From positions 1-32,166 of the forward strand of contig JBHLLO010000033.1 of assembly GCA_048885535.1 (NCBI GenBank): 32,166 nucleotides of DNA, read 5' to 3'. The stretch is from Candidatus Hermodarchaeota archaeon (GTDB taxonomy: Archaea; Asgardarchaeota; Lokiarchaeia; Sigyniarchaeales; SOKP01). Each line of letters begins with the position of its first letter. The stretch's first letter is position 1. Of the stretch, positions 19,730 to 27,847 are shown piece by piece. A program made the position numbers and the translations under genes. The notes under the pieces were generated by a model. The model was not told where the DNA came from. It made no database searches and saw only the letters and a program-made list of their open reading frames with translations.

Positions 19730-21424
19730 CTATGCTCTGTAAACAGGGAAGAATCGTAAAGCTCCATAAGCATTATACCATATACCGCGAATATGTATGT
19801 CATGAACAGTAGTAACCTTTCCGTGGTAGCCAAAGCAGTGAGGATAAAGTCTATTTGCCATATACCATTGAATATTCTGATAAATGGTATTTCTGGCAGT
19901 ATCATCTGTTGTAACTAAAGCAAGGGCCATCATAGCATTTAATTTTGCATCATTTACTTGAGCAGAATTGGCGAAAGAAGCAGGATTAAATAATGGATCA
20001 AGCATATTAAAGGGATCCTTATAATCTGGACCCCATCCGACCCAATATAACCCTAATTCATCGTAATCACCAAATAATTTTCTGAGAAAAGCACTCCATG
20101 TTACACCATCGTCAACTACGCTTATGCCTATTGCAGGAAGCCACGCAGTTAATGCATCAAACATATCCTCTCTCATAGAGTTCCCTATATTGTATGTATA
20201 GTTAACTGTAAATAAAGTTGCACCTAACCAAGTAGCATCAAAAGGATCATTATTTACTGGAAAACCAGAAGCTGCGGGTACATTATCTACAATAGTTTGA
20301 CGAGCAATTACGAGATTATAGTATGCTGCCTGATTGGAAGCATTATATGGAGCTCCATACCCTGGAGAAATTACACCATTAGCCCTAATGGCTAAACCAG
20401 CCATTATTTCATCAATAATGTATGTGTAATTGATACCATAAGAAATTGCCTTTCTCCAATGAAGTGGAATATCAAGGTTATTCATACCAAGGTATTGATA
20501 TCCTAATCCAGGAAGATTATAATTATCCGTAAAATGCTCAACATGAATAGTAGGATCCGCATCAAAGGTTGTGATTAATGATGGAATAGCACCAGCTAAC
20601 CAGTCAATTTCATGACCTAACATTGCATTATTTCTAGTCGTTGCATCAGTAATAAATGCCATAATCACTTCTTCGAAAAAGGTTTCTCCTCCCCAATAAT
20701 ACTCAAAAGCACCAAGTCTAACTTCAACATTTGGTACGTAATATTCATAGACAAAAGGACCAGTTCCCACAACTCTTCCATATGTCAGAGAGATATATTC
20801 AGTCTCAGGAGTCGAAGTTGGAGATAACATAGCACCTGCAGCGTAACATAAAAGATCTATAAAAGGAGCATAGGGTGCGTTAAGGGTGATTGTCACATTA
20901 TAACCACCGACAGCAACAACATTATTTATAATAGGAGTTACCCCATCAGGGAAATAGTATAGAGACGCAGGTTCCCCAACGGATTGAGTTGCTGGAAGGG
21001 TTCCTGTGCAGTTGAAGAAATATAACATTCTATTGAAGTTCCATACAACTGCAGTTGAGTTAAAAACAGCTAAGTCATGAAATACAATCCCTTGCCTAAG
21101 TTGTATATGAAGTGTGGTTGAGTCTTCCCACCAATATGATTGGGCAAGACTGTTTATTCGCGGTAATGCATGATCAGACCAATTATAAGTAAACAGCGTT
21201 TCAGTTACTTGTTCAAGTACATTATTAGATGCTTGATCCCATGAGTTTACAGGATCTAAAACGTGAGGGGGAGATAATGTACCAAATACAAGGGTTCTTG
21301 AGACTGGAGCAACCCATGTTGCACCCTGAAGCCCAAGTATAATGTTACCTACTCCCGAAGCAGCTAATGCAATAGCGAGCACGATAATAGCTACGTTCTT
21401 TTTTTCCATTTCCATTTTTTTCAC
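19730..21424 (-). CDS. ABC transporter substrate-binding protein, family 5 (DppA/OppA-like)
   Basis: N-terminal TM anchor; LDP, LRQGIVFHD, VGTGPF, RKAISYGIN, GWGPDYKDP motifs. Confidence 0.93.
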   Translation of the reverse strand: MKKMEMEKKNVAIIVLAIALAASGVGNIILGLQGATWVAPVSRTLVFGTLSPPHVLDPVNSWDQASNNVLEQVTETLFTYNWSDHALPRINSLAQSYWWEDSTTLHIQLRQGIVFHDLAVFNSTAVVWNFNRMLYFFNCTGTLPATQSVGEPASLYYFPDGVTPIINNVVAVGGYNVTITLNAPYAPFIDLLCYAAGAMLSPTSTPETEYISLTYGRVVGTGPFVYEYYVPNVEVRLGAFEYYWGGETFFEEVIMAFITDATTRNNAMLGHEIDWLAGAIPSLITTFDADPTIHVEHFTDNYNLPGLGYQYLGMNNLDIPLHWRKAISYGINYTYIIDEIMAGLAIRANGVISPGYGAPYNASNQAAYYNLVIARQTIVDNVPAASGFPVNNDPFDATWLGATLFTVNYTYNIGNSMREDMFDALTAWLPAIGISVVDDGVTWSAFLRKLFGDYDELGLYWVGWGPDYKDPFNMLDPLFNPASFANSAQVNDAKLNAMMALALVTTDDTARNTIYQNIQWYMANRLYPHCFGYHGKVTTVHDIHIRGIWYNAYGALRFFPVYRA

Positions 21425-21485
21425 TTAATTTTAGATTTTAATTTTTTAGTAGATATTTTGTTAAATTACTAACTAAATTTGTAAA

Positions 21486-21493
21486 CTTATAAG
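21486..21493 (-). promoter_or_regulatory. Candidate TATA box (CTTATAAG) for the solute-binding protein gene
   Basis: TTATAA core preceded on the minus strand by purine-rich GAAAGGTAAC, about 60 nt upstream of the start. Confidence 0.35.
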
Positions 21494-21498
21494 GTTAC

Positions 21499-21589
21499 CT
21501 TTCCCGAATATGGCAAGGAATACATAGTTTATGTAATACTATTCAAAAAGATTGTATTCAATTCCACTAGATGCACATAACTCCTTTTA
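21499..21589 (+). repeat. Imperfect direct repeat, copy 1 (about 91 bp)
   Basis: Ungapped hand alignment to 22141-22231 gives about 69/91 identities; contains TACATA-GTT-TATGTA inverted repeat. Confidence 0.85.
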
Positions 21590-21915
21590 AATACAAGTTC
21601 GTTAATAATTATTTGAAGAAAAAAAGCGACATTTTTCTTTCCGTAGGATTTTAATAGAGAGCCCATATACAAAGAAGTTATACTTCAACCAATAAAAAAA
21701 AGGACCTCTCCTATTTAAATCCTATTTTTTTTGCTTTCTTAAGATTTTTCTTTATAAGCTTTCCTAAAATCACACTCCTCAGAATATAGGGAGTAATACA
21801 ATGTTATTGCACATAATAGATTTTTTGGACATCTAACAAGTATAATCAATCTCTTTCATAGATCTGAGCATCAGATATATCCGACATACAAAAATGTTAA
21901 ATACTATCTAGTGAT

Positions 21916-22068
21916 ATGATTCTGGTAAACTACGGTAAAATTGAAGAAACCATATCTGAAAATGGAATTCCTGGTTATGACTTATTACTGTTTTTTAGTA
22001 TAACTGGTCTGACTGTGGCAATATTTTTGGCATCTTTATATATTTCAAGGAAAAAATTATTTAAATGA
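21916..22068 (+). pseudogene. Remnant (or 50 aa mini-gene) consisting of a Loki-CTERM-like sorting domain
   Basis: MILVNYGKIEETISENGIPGYDLLLFFSITGLTVAIFLASLYISRKKLFK*: IPGY, TM helix, basic tail; upstream frame blocked by several stops; absent from the ORF track. Confidence 0.65.
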
Positions 22069-22140
22069 ACAAGTAGAAGCCCAAATTCCATATTTTTTAA
22101 TGTTTTAAGCCATCTATTTAAAAGTTTTCCTAATATCAAA

Positions 22141-22231
22141 CTTCTCCGAGTATGAAAACTAATACATCATTTATGTAATCCTATTTAGGAAATATGTATT
22201 TGATTCCAATAGATGAACATCTCTCCTTTTA
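22141..22231 (+). repeat. Imperfect direct repeat, copy 2 (about 91 bp)
   Basis: Offset 642 nt from copy 1; contains TACAT-CATTT-ATGTA, TCCTA-TT-TAGGA and AGATG-AA-CATCT inverted repeats. Confidence 0.85.
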
Positions 22232-22309
22232 TACTACTTGTTATAAAATATAATCAATAAAAAAGCAATGGGAAAATAGTCCCGAATTACAGTTTACTGA
22301 GTTCTGATA

Positions 22310-22510
22310 ATGGAAAGAGAAGGATTCCCAAAAGCATTGCTAATAATTTTTACAATAATATTAGTTTTTGCCTTAGTATTTCTCTTCCTTAATTTAGATA
22401 ATATTTTTAAAATTCATTCTGGATTTGTTTTGCTCTGGGTAACAATCTATACAACATATAGTTTTTTAAAATTTAGAGGGGAGTATAATAAAAACAAAAA
22501 GTTATTTTAG
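22310..22510 (+). CDS. Small two-TM membrane protein
   Basis: 66 aa; two hydrophobic helices and a basic C-terminus. Confidence 0.6.
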   Translation: MEREGFPKALLIIFTIILVFALVFLFLNLDNIFKIHSGFVLLWVTIYTTYSFLKFRGEYNKNKKLF

Positions 22511-22523
22511 AACTTTTGAGGAA

Positions 22524-22706
22524 ATGTGTTTGGAAAAATTAGCCGAAATAGGGATGGCTTCTGCTGAAGAATGGGCCACTGCTATGGGATACGAATATCG
22601 TGCTTCTTTAAACAAAGTAATTAGAAGAATAAAAGAAAAGTACCCCCACAAAATTAAAATTCATTATGAAAAAAAACCACGGAGATATGAAGCCTTAATA
22701 AAATAA
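22524..22706 (+). CDS. Small winged-helix-like DNA-binding protein
   Basis: LAEIGMASAEEWATAMGY...SLNKVIRRI...KKPRRY matches wHTH; frame stays open upstream to about 22470. Confidence 0.6.
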   Translation: MCLEKLAEIGMASAEEWATAMGYEYRASLNKVIRRIKEKYPHKIKIHYEKKPRRYEALIK

Positions 22707-22715
22707 ACTTATTTT

Positions 22716-23558
22716 TTATTTTCTATATAAATTTAGGTTACTGATAATTGACTCTAATTTCGAAAACACACCTATTATCAAACTTAATTCCTTTTTCGTT
22801 ATTAAAGCCCGTTCATAAATGTTTTTAAAGGCGAAAAATACATTCTCTTTCTTGTGTGTTCTAATTTTTAATTTTTTTATTAAATTCTTAATGATTGAAT
22901 ACAGAATTAGGCGATCTTTTTTATTAGCTAATATTACAGGGTTTACTCCTCTACCTAAAGTTATTGAATTCATTTTTTTAAAGATTTCATAAAGGATAAT
23001 CCCACAAGCATGAGATAGATTTAATGAGGGATATGATTTTCCAGTAGGAATTCGTAATAATAAATCTGCAATCTCAATTTCATCATTTGTTAATCCTCTT
23101 GATTCCTTACCAAATAAGATGGCTATTTTAATTGGTTTTTGAGATACTGGAAGTTTTAAATCTTCTGGAAAAATTGGTGTTCTTCTAATATTACGATAAT
23201 GCTTTCCTTTTGCTGTTGTTGCAATAATTAAATCGAATTGTTCCATAGATTCCTTGAATTTTGAAATATGTTCTTCTTGGTCATCAAAAGAAATAATTTT
23301 AGCGTTAAATAATATTTCTTTTCCATGCATAGCAAATCCTTGAGTTTCATAACTTAATATTTTTTCTTCACTTTCTTTTGGATTAAAAATAATTAAATCT
23401 TGAAAATCGAAATTTTGCATTATACGAGCCACTGAACCTATATTAGCTGAATGTTCAGGTCGAACTAATACTATTGTAAAACTTAGATTAGCGTACTGTT
23501 CAGAAACGTGGGTTTCTTGAAAGAAATTTATAGCCAATCTCAAATCTTTTTTGTTCAT
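22716..23558 (-). CDS. trmJ: SPOUT tRNA/rRNA 2'-O-methyltransferase, TrmJ/TrmH family
   Basis: LVRPEHSANIGSVARIMQNF, ILFGKESRGLTNDE, YPSLNLSHA motifs; TrmJ-like C-terminal helical domain. Confidence 0.85.
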   Translation of the reverse strand: MNKKDLRLAINFFQETHVSEQYANLSFTIVLVRPEHSANIGSVARIMQNFDFQDLIIFNPKESEEKILSYETQGFAMHGKEILFNAKIISFDDQEEHISKFKESMEQFDLIIATTAKGKHYRNIRRTPIFPEDLKLPVSQKPIKIAILFGKESRGLTNDEIEIADLLLRIPTGKSYPSLNLSHACGIILYEIFKKMNSITLGRGVNPVILANKKDRLILYSIIKNLIKKLKIRTHKKENVFFAFKNIYERALITKKELSLIIGVFSKLESIISNLNLYRK

Positions 23559-23780
23559 AAAATATCAACTCACAGAAGATTAAGACGAATTGTAATTAGG
23601 GCATATAATAAATATTTTAAAAATATCTTTACTTCTTTCTAATTGAATACAAGATGTAATATATAAATATTTGAATAATTTTTATTATTTATATATAAAG
23701 ATTCATCTCATAACACTAAAAGTAATCATAATTTACTCTTTAATTCAATAATCAACTTAATTTATAACTGACTGATTAAA

Positions 23781-24374
23781 ATGCTGAGTCCCGAGAAAAT
23801 AATGCAAAGTCTAGAATTTATTAATATTAGCAATGATGAATTTACCATATTTGAATGGAAACCTCCTAGATCTTTCAAAAGCTTTGTTCTTGATCTAAAT
23901 ATTTTAAAAAAAAATCGCTCTAGTAATATATTTTTTCATGTAAATAGAGGAAATATGAAAATTGCTTATATAAGAATGGAAGATCTTATATATTCAGCTG
24001 GTTCGGACATAGAAATTCAATTTCAACTATTAGAGGCTTTAATTGAGCAAATTGCGCATAAATTTTTGGAAAGATATGATATTGAGTCATATTTAGGATA
24101 TGGAAAATTTTCTCCTAAATTGTTTGATGACTTTAAACCAATCGTCGAAAACATAATTTTCAACTTTAAATCTCTCAATCTTGTAAAAGAAATAAAAGTA
24201 CCATGCACAATTTGCGATAAGGTATTGCCATTGATTATTAAAAAGAGTTTCATTGAAAAAGCGGACTCATACCCCGTTCCAATAGTTTATAGCCATTTAG
24301 GACATTCTATTCTTTGTTTTATAGATAGAAACTATGATGTAAGAGGAGTAGAGTTAGTCAATATAACAGGTTAA
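23781..24374 (+). CDS. Longin-like N-terminal domain plus C-terminal Cys/His Zn-binding domain
   Basis: N-terminal beta-beta-helix pattern ending LLEALIEQIAHKFLERY; C-terminal CTIC...YPVPIVYSH..HSILCFIDRNYDVRGVE. Confidence 0.55.
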   Translation: MLSPEKIMQSLEFINISNDEFTIFEWKPPRSFKSFVLDLNILKKNRSSNIFFHVNRGNMKIAYIRMEDLIYSAGSDIEIQFQLLEALIEQIAHKFLERYDIESYLGYGKFSPKLFDDFKPIVENIIFNFKSLNLVKEIKVPCTICDKVLPLIIKKSFIEKADSYPVPIVYSHLGHSILCFIDRNYDVRGVELVNITG

Positions 24375-24404
24375 TTTTAATGAAATTTACTTATTGAAAT
24401 TTGT

Positions 24405-25445
24405 ATGACAGAAGAAAATAATAAGGCCAAAGAGAACTTATTCGAAGCTATAATTAAAAAAACTAAAACTGGAATTACGTTTCCAAAAGAATTAAGAGAG
24501 AGTCTGTTTAAGGAGAATGAGGAAACTTATTTTAGACTAATTGTACCTAATGAAAAAAATCAAATTATCTTAGAAATTTTAGATGAAGAAACAGCAATAT
24601 CAATAACAGAAAAATTAAAGAAAGAAAAACCCAAAGTAATTAGAGAAGATTTTAAAGAAAAACCTTTAAGGGAGTTAAGTTACAGTCCTAATTGGGCTGA
24701 TTATTTTGTATATGATTTTAAAAATATGGAAAAGATAAAACCAATTTTAGAAACAGCATTCTATAAGTTTGCAGAGACACCAATAAACTTAGAGGATGCT
24801 ATGGGGCGTGTTAAATATGCACTTATATCCTTTCTAACATCTACAAAAACTGAAAATGCTAAGCTATATTATTCTGTAATCAGATTTCTTTTAGACATAG
24901 TTGAAAAGTATAACCAACCAAATTTATTAGATTGGATATTTGAAAAAGTAATACCCAATATTGAGAGTAAATTCCTTTATGAATTAGCTCTTCTAGACAT
25001 TATAGAGGCATCATTAAAGGCAAAAAGATGGGAAAAAGCAGAACTCTATATCTTCTATGTGTTAAAAAATATTGATGAATACCCAAGTTCTGAAATGTAT
25101 AATGTTATGAATAGCTTTAAGCAACTTGTTAAAAAAGTAAAAAATGTTGAACGAAGTAGTAAAATAGATATTTTACTTAAAGAAAAATTAATAGAGTATG
25201 CTGAGAATATTATAAAAGAAGACGTTGATTATAAAATTCAGATGATTGAATTTCTAGAGGATTTACAATATATTGAATTAGCTTACAAGCTTGCTAAAGA
25301 ACTTTATGATGGTCTCCCCCCCGAAAGTGTAAGAAATGAAGAAGTTCGTAAAATTGTAAAAAGGTTATACACAGCTCCAATTGCTGAAAATAAACCAAAA
25401 TCTAGCTTAGATTTTGATGAACATGAAGAAGAAAAGGAGGAATAA
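24405..25445 (+). CDS. AbrB/SpoVT-like N-terminal domain fused to an alpha-helical (TPR-like) region
   Basis: IKKTKTGITFPKELRESL resembles the AbrB motif GxIxIPKxxRxxL; remainder looks helical; acidic tail. Confidence 0.55.
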   Translation: MTEENNKAKENLFEAIIKKTKTGITFPKELRESLFKENEETYFRLIVPNEKNQIILEILDEETAISITEKLKKEKPKVIREDFKEKPLRELSYSPNWADYFVYDFKNMEKIKPILETAFYKFAETPINLEDAMGRVKYALISFLTSTKTENAKLYYSVIRFLLDIVEKYNQPNLLDWIFEKVIPNIESKFLYELALLDIIEASLKAKRWEKAELYIFYVLKNIDEYPSSEMYNVMNSFKQLVKKVKNVERSSKIDILLKEKLIEYAENIIKEDVDYKIQMIEFLEDLQYIELAYKLAKELYDGLPPESVRNEEVRKIVKRLYTAPIAENKPKSSLDFDEHEEEKEE

Positions 25446-25462
25446 AAACAAGCCAAATCACT

Positions 25463-26701
25463 TTAAGATTCTGAGTTATCTTTTTCTTGCTTTTCCTCTA
25501 AATCCTTAATCCGTTTTTCCATTCTTTTCAATTCATCTTCCACGATTTTTTGTTTTTGGTCTTCAATTTTTTTTTGTTGTAATTCTAGCTCTACTTCAGA
25601 AAGTTGACTTTCTTTTTCAAGTAATTCTTCTCTGCGTTTAAGCATTTCTTCTTTTTTTTGTATCTCAAGTTCTTCAATTTCTTTCTCTTTTGATTCCAAC
25701 TCTAATTTCTTCTTTTTTAATTCTAACTCTTTTTGTTTTAATTCAATTTCTTTATCAAGAATTTCTGCTTCTTCTTTTTGTATTTTTTTCTTAATTTTTT
25801 TTGGAAGTTCTGTTATTTCTTTTTCAGATATTAATAACTTCTCCTTATCAATTATTTCTTCTTTTAACTTTAATGCTTGATCTTTTTCAACAATTATTTT
25901 CTCTTCTAATTCTGTTTCTCGTTGTTCTATGTCTAGTTTCTTCTTTTTTAATTCAAGTCCTTTTTGTTTTAGTTCAATCTCTTTGTCGATTATCTCAATT
26001 TCCTCATCTTCCAATTTTTGTTTTTCTTTTCCTTCATCTTCTACTATTTCTTCTATCTTTTCAATGGATACAATAGATTTTAAAATGTTATCTACAGAAA
26101 TTCTAATTTTTTCATCTTCAGGATTTTGCTTAGTATAATTTTTAATAACCTTTGTTACTAATGATGGATTGTTTTTACCTATAGCTTTTAAAGCTTGAAT
26201 CGCCTTTTCAACCACAAAATCTTTTATATCAGATAACTTTTCAGCAATTTTATTTATTAAGGATTCATTATCAATAGGAATATCTCCTCCCGCCATAAAA
26301 ATTATTAACTGCAAATCTGCTTCGCGAACATTTGGATCTTCAGAATCTAATAAATCTTCGCTAAAAGGGAAGAACAAGTCTTGTTCATTCTCACATACTG
26401 ATTTAAGTAAAATTAAGAATGAGTAGCGTAAAAGAGAGTCTCTTTTCGATAAATTTTCTAGCAATGAGGGAATATCAATAATTAATTGTTCTATTAAAAA
26501 TCTTAGGACTATACGACCTCCATGTGAGGTTAAAAGAGTCTCTATAATATTTTCAAGGCGATCTAAATAATCCTCATCAGTAGAATCACCTAAATAAAGA
26601 GCAATTATTTTTGATGCATCATCAAATCTTTCAGCCTTTATAAAATCTTTTATCTTTAAAAGTTCTGGATTTTCTTGTTCTTTTTCACTCACAATTTTCA
26701 C
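25463..26701 (-). CDS. HEAT-repeat head plus long charged coiled-coil tail
   Basis: LLDSEDPNVREA and LSDIKDFVVEKAIQALKAIG HEAT units; about 190 aa E/K-rich heptad tail; GTG start 9 nt after the upstream stop. Confidence 0.8.
   Translation of the reverse strand: MKIVSEKEQENPELLKIKDFIKAERFDDASKIIALYLGDSTDEDYLDRLENIIETLLTSHGGRIVLRFLIEQLIIDIPSLLENLSKRDSLLRYSFLILLKSVCENEQDLFFPFSEDLLDSEDPNVREADLQLIIFMAGGDIPIDNESLINKIAEKLSDIKDFVVEKAIQALKAIGKNNPSLVTKVIKNYTKQNPEDEKIRISVDNILKSIVSIEKIEEIVEDEGKEKQKLEDEEIEIIDKEIELKQKGLELKKKKLDIEQRETELEEKIIVEKDQALKLKEEIIDKEKLLISEKEITELPKKIKKKIQKEEAEILDKEIELKQKELELKKKKLELESKEKEIEELEIQKKEEMLKRREELLEKESQLSEVELELQQKKIEDQKQKIVEDELKRMEKRIKDLEEKQEKDNSES
25701..26005 (-). repeat. 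Intragenic duplication in the coiled coil (25701-25774 vs 25932-26005)
   Basis: EEIEIIDKEIELKQKGLELKKKKLD vs EEAEILDKEIELKQKELELKKKKLE; offset 231 nt = 77 aa = 11 heptads. Confidence 0.75.
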
Positions 26702-26710
26702 TTTTTAACT

Positions 26711-27643
26711 TTATACCCATAATATATAAAAGTCATTATATAACCGGAAAATAATATTGAGAATTAATCTTAAATCTTTATATCTTAAACTTAAAAAATT
26801 AACCCCTATACATAATTCAATTGCAAGATTCTCACGATTATCGAGATATAAATGTATTTCTTCACAATACTGACTTAATGCATCTAAATCATTCGAAAAT
26901 GTATTCCATAAATAAAAAATTTTTTTATTATCCTCATTTTCAGGGGGAATTTCTCCAACTTCAGAAAGAACCGCTTTAGGTATTACGTTTATTACCTCAA
27001 CCAGGTTATTTGTATTGATTTTTATCTTAACTTCGGGAAAAAAGATTTTTGAAAATAAATCAATTAAACATTTTAATAATTCGAGATTTTCGATTTCTTC
27101 TCTATTAGCATTACAAAGTACGTAACCCTTATCAATAAAAACCACATGCAATTTGTCTTCAAATTTAAAAGTCATGAAATTTTCCTCTTTTGAAATTAAA
27201 TATTGAAAATCCTCACCGCGATTATGTATGCGATCATTAAAGATTTTTACTGCTTCTTTAAATTCTCTCTTTGATATGAATTTATTTAATTTTCTGTAGT
27301 CTCCATGGAAAAAGACATCTAGAAAATCTATTAAATATAGATAGGAATCTAATGGTCTATAGACTACAGTTTTATTTCGAAAATCACGTAAAACAATATT
27401 TTTATGAACACTATAACAAAACTTTGGTTGATCTTCTATTGTTAAACCACTTAAAATTCTTAATTTTATTAAGAATCTCCGAGAACACAGAGGTGATAAT
27501 GTACATAAGATACGATCAACTTGGCATTCCTCAAAACATAATCTATTAATTCTTTTATTAAGTAAATCTAATAATTCAAATCGGTTTTTTGTCTCCGAAT
27601 CATGGTCCAAAAATCTATTAATATGTTCTGGTTGCAGGGGCAT
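26711..27643 (-). CDS. Hypothetical protein with N-terminal Cys cluster (possible metal-binding)
   Basis: CFEEC-x6-C-x5-C...FCYSVH; 310 aa; operon-like with the downstream HEAT/coiled-coil gene. Confidence 0.7.
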   Translation of the reverse strand: MPLQPEHINRFLDHDSETKNRFELLDLLNKRINRLCFEECQVDRILCTLSPLCSRRFLIKLRILSGLTIEDQPKFCYSVHKNIVLRDFRNKTVVYRPLDSYLYLIDFLDVFFHGDYRKLNKFISKREFKEAVKIFNDRIHNRGEDFQYLISKEENFMTFKFEDKLHVVFIDKGYVLCNANREEIENLELLKCLIDLFSKIFFPEVKIKINTNNLVEVINVIPKAVLSEVGEIPPENEDNKKIFYLWNTFSNDLDALSQYCEEIHLYLDNRENLAIELCIGVNFLSLRYKDLRLILNIIFRLYNDFYILWV

Positions 27644-27847
27644 AATTTATATAGTTTTACTTGGTAAATCAGTTTAAATTTCATTTAAGTATTATATTAC
27701 ATGTAATCTAAATTTTATTATCATTCTTTAATTAGAATACTAGAAGAATCAAAATTAAAAGTAATGATATTAAAATATATTAGTAAGTAATTTTTATATT
27801 TTTATTAAGAATTAAAGATGGATTCTTAAAGAGATAGATTATAAAGC

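Noticed and set aside
21499-22231. Direct repeat as a CRISPR array, or as paralogous mini-peptides (KELCASSGIEYNLFE / KERCSSIGIKYIFPK on the minus strand)
   Set aside because: Only two long imperfect copies 642 nt apart and no cas genes; the peptide frame has TAA immediately upstream in both copies, and the GGAG-ATG frame stops after 3 codons in copy 1
27696-27707. Palindrome ATTACATGTAAT in the divergent promoter and scattered ATGTAAT words as a regulon motif
   Set aside because: Short and AT-rich; such words are expected repeatedly by chance at this base composition
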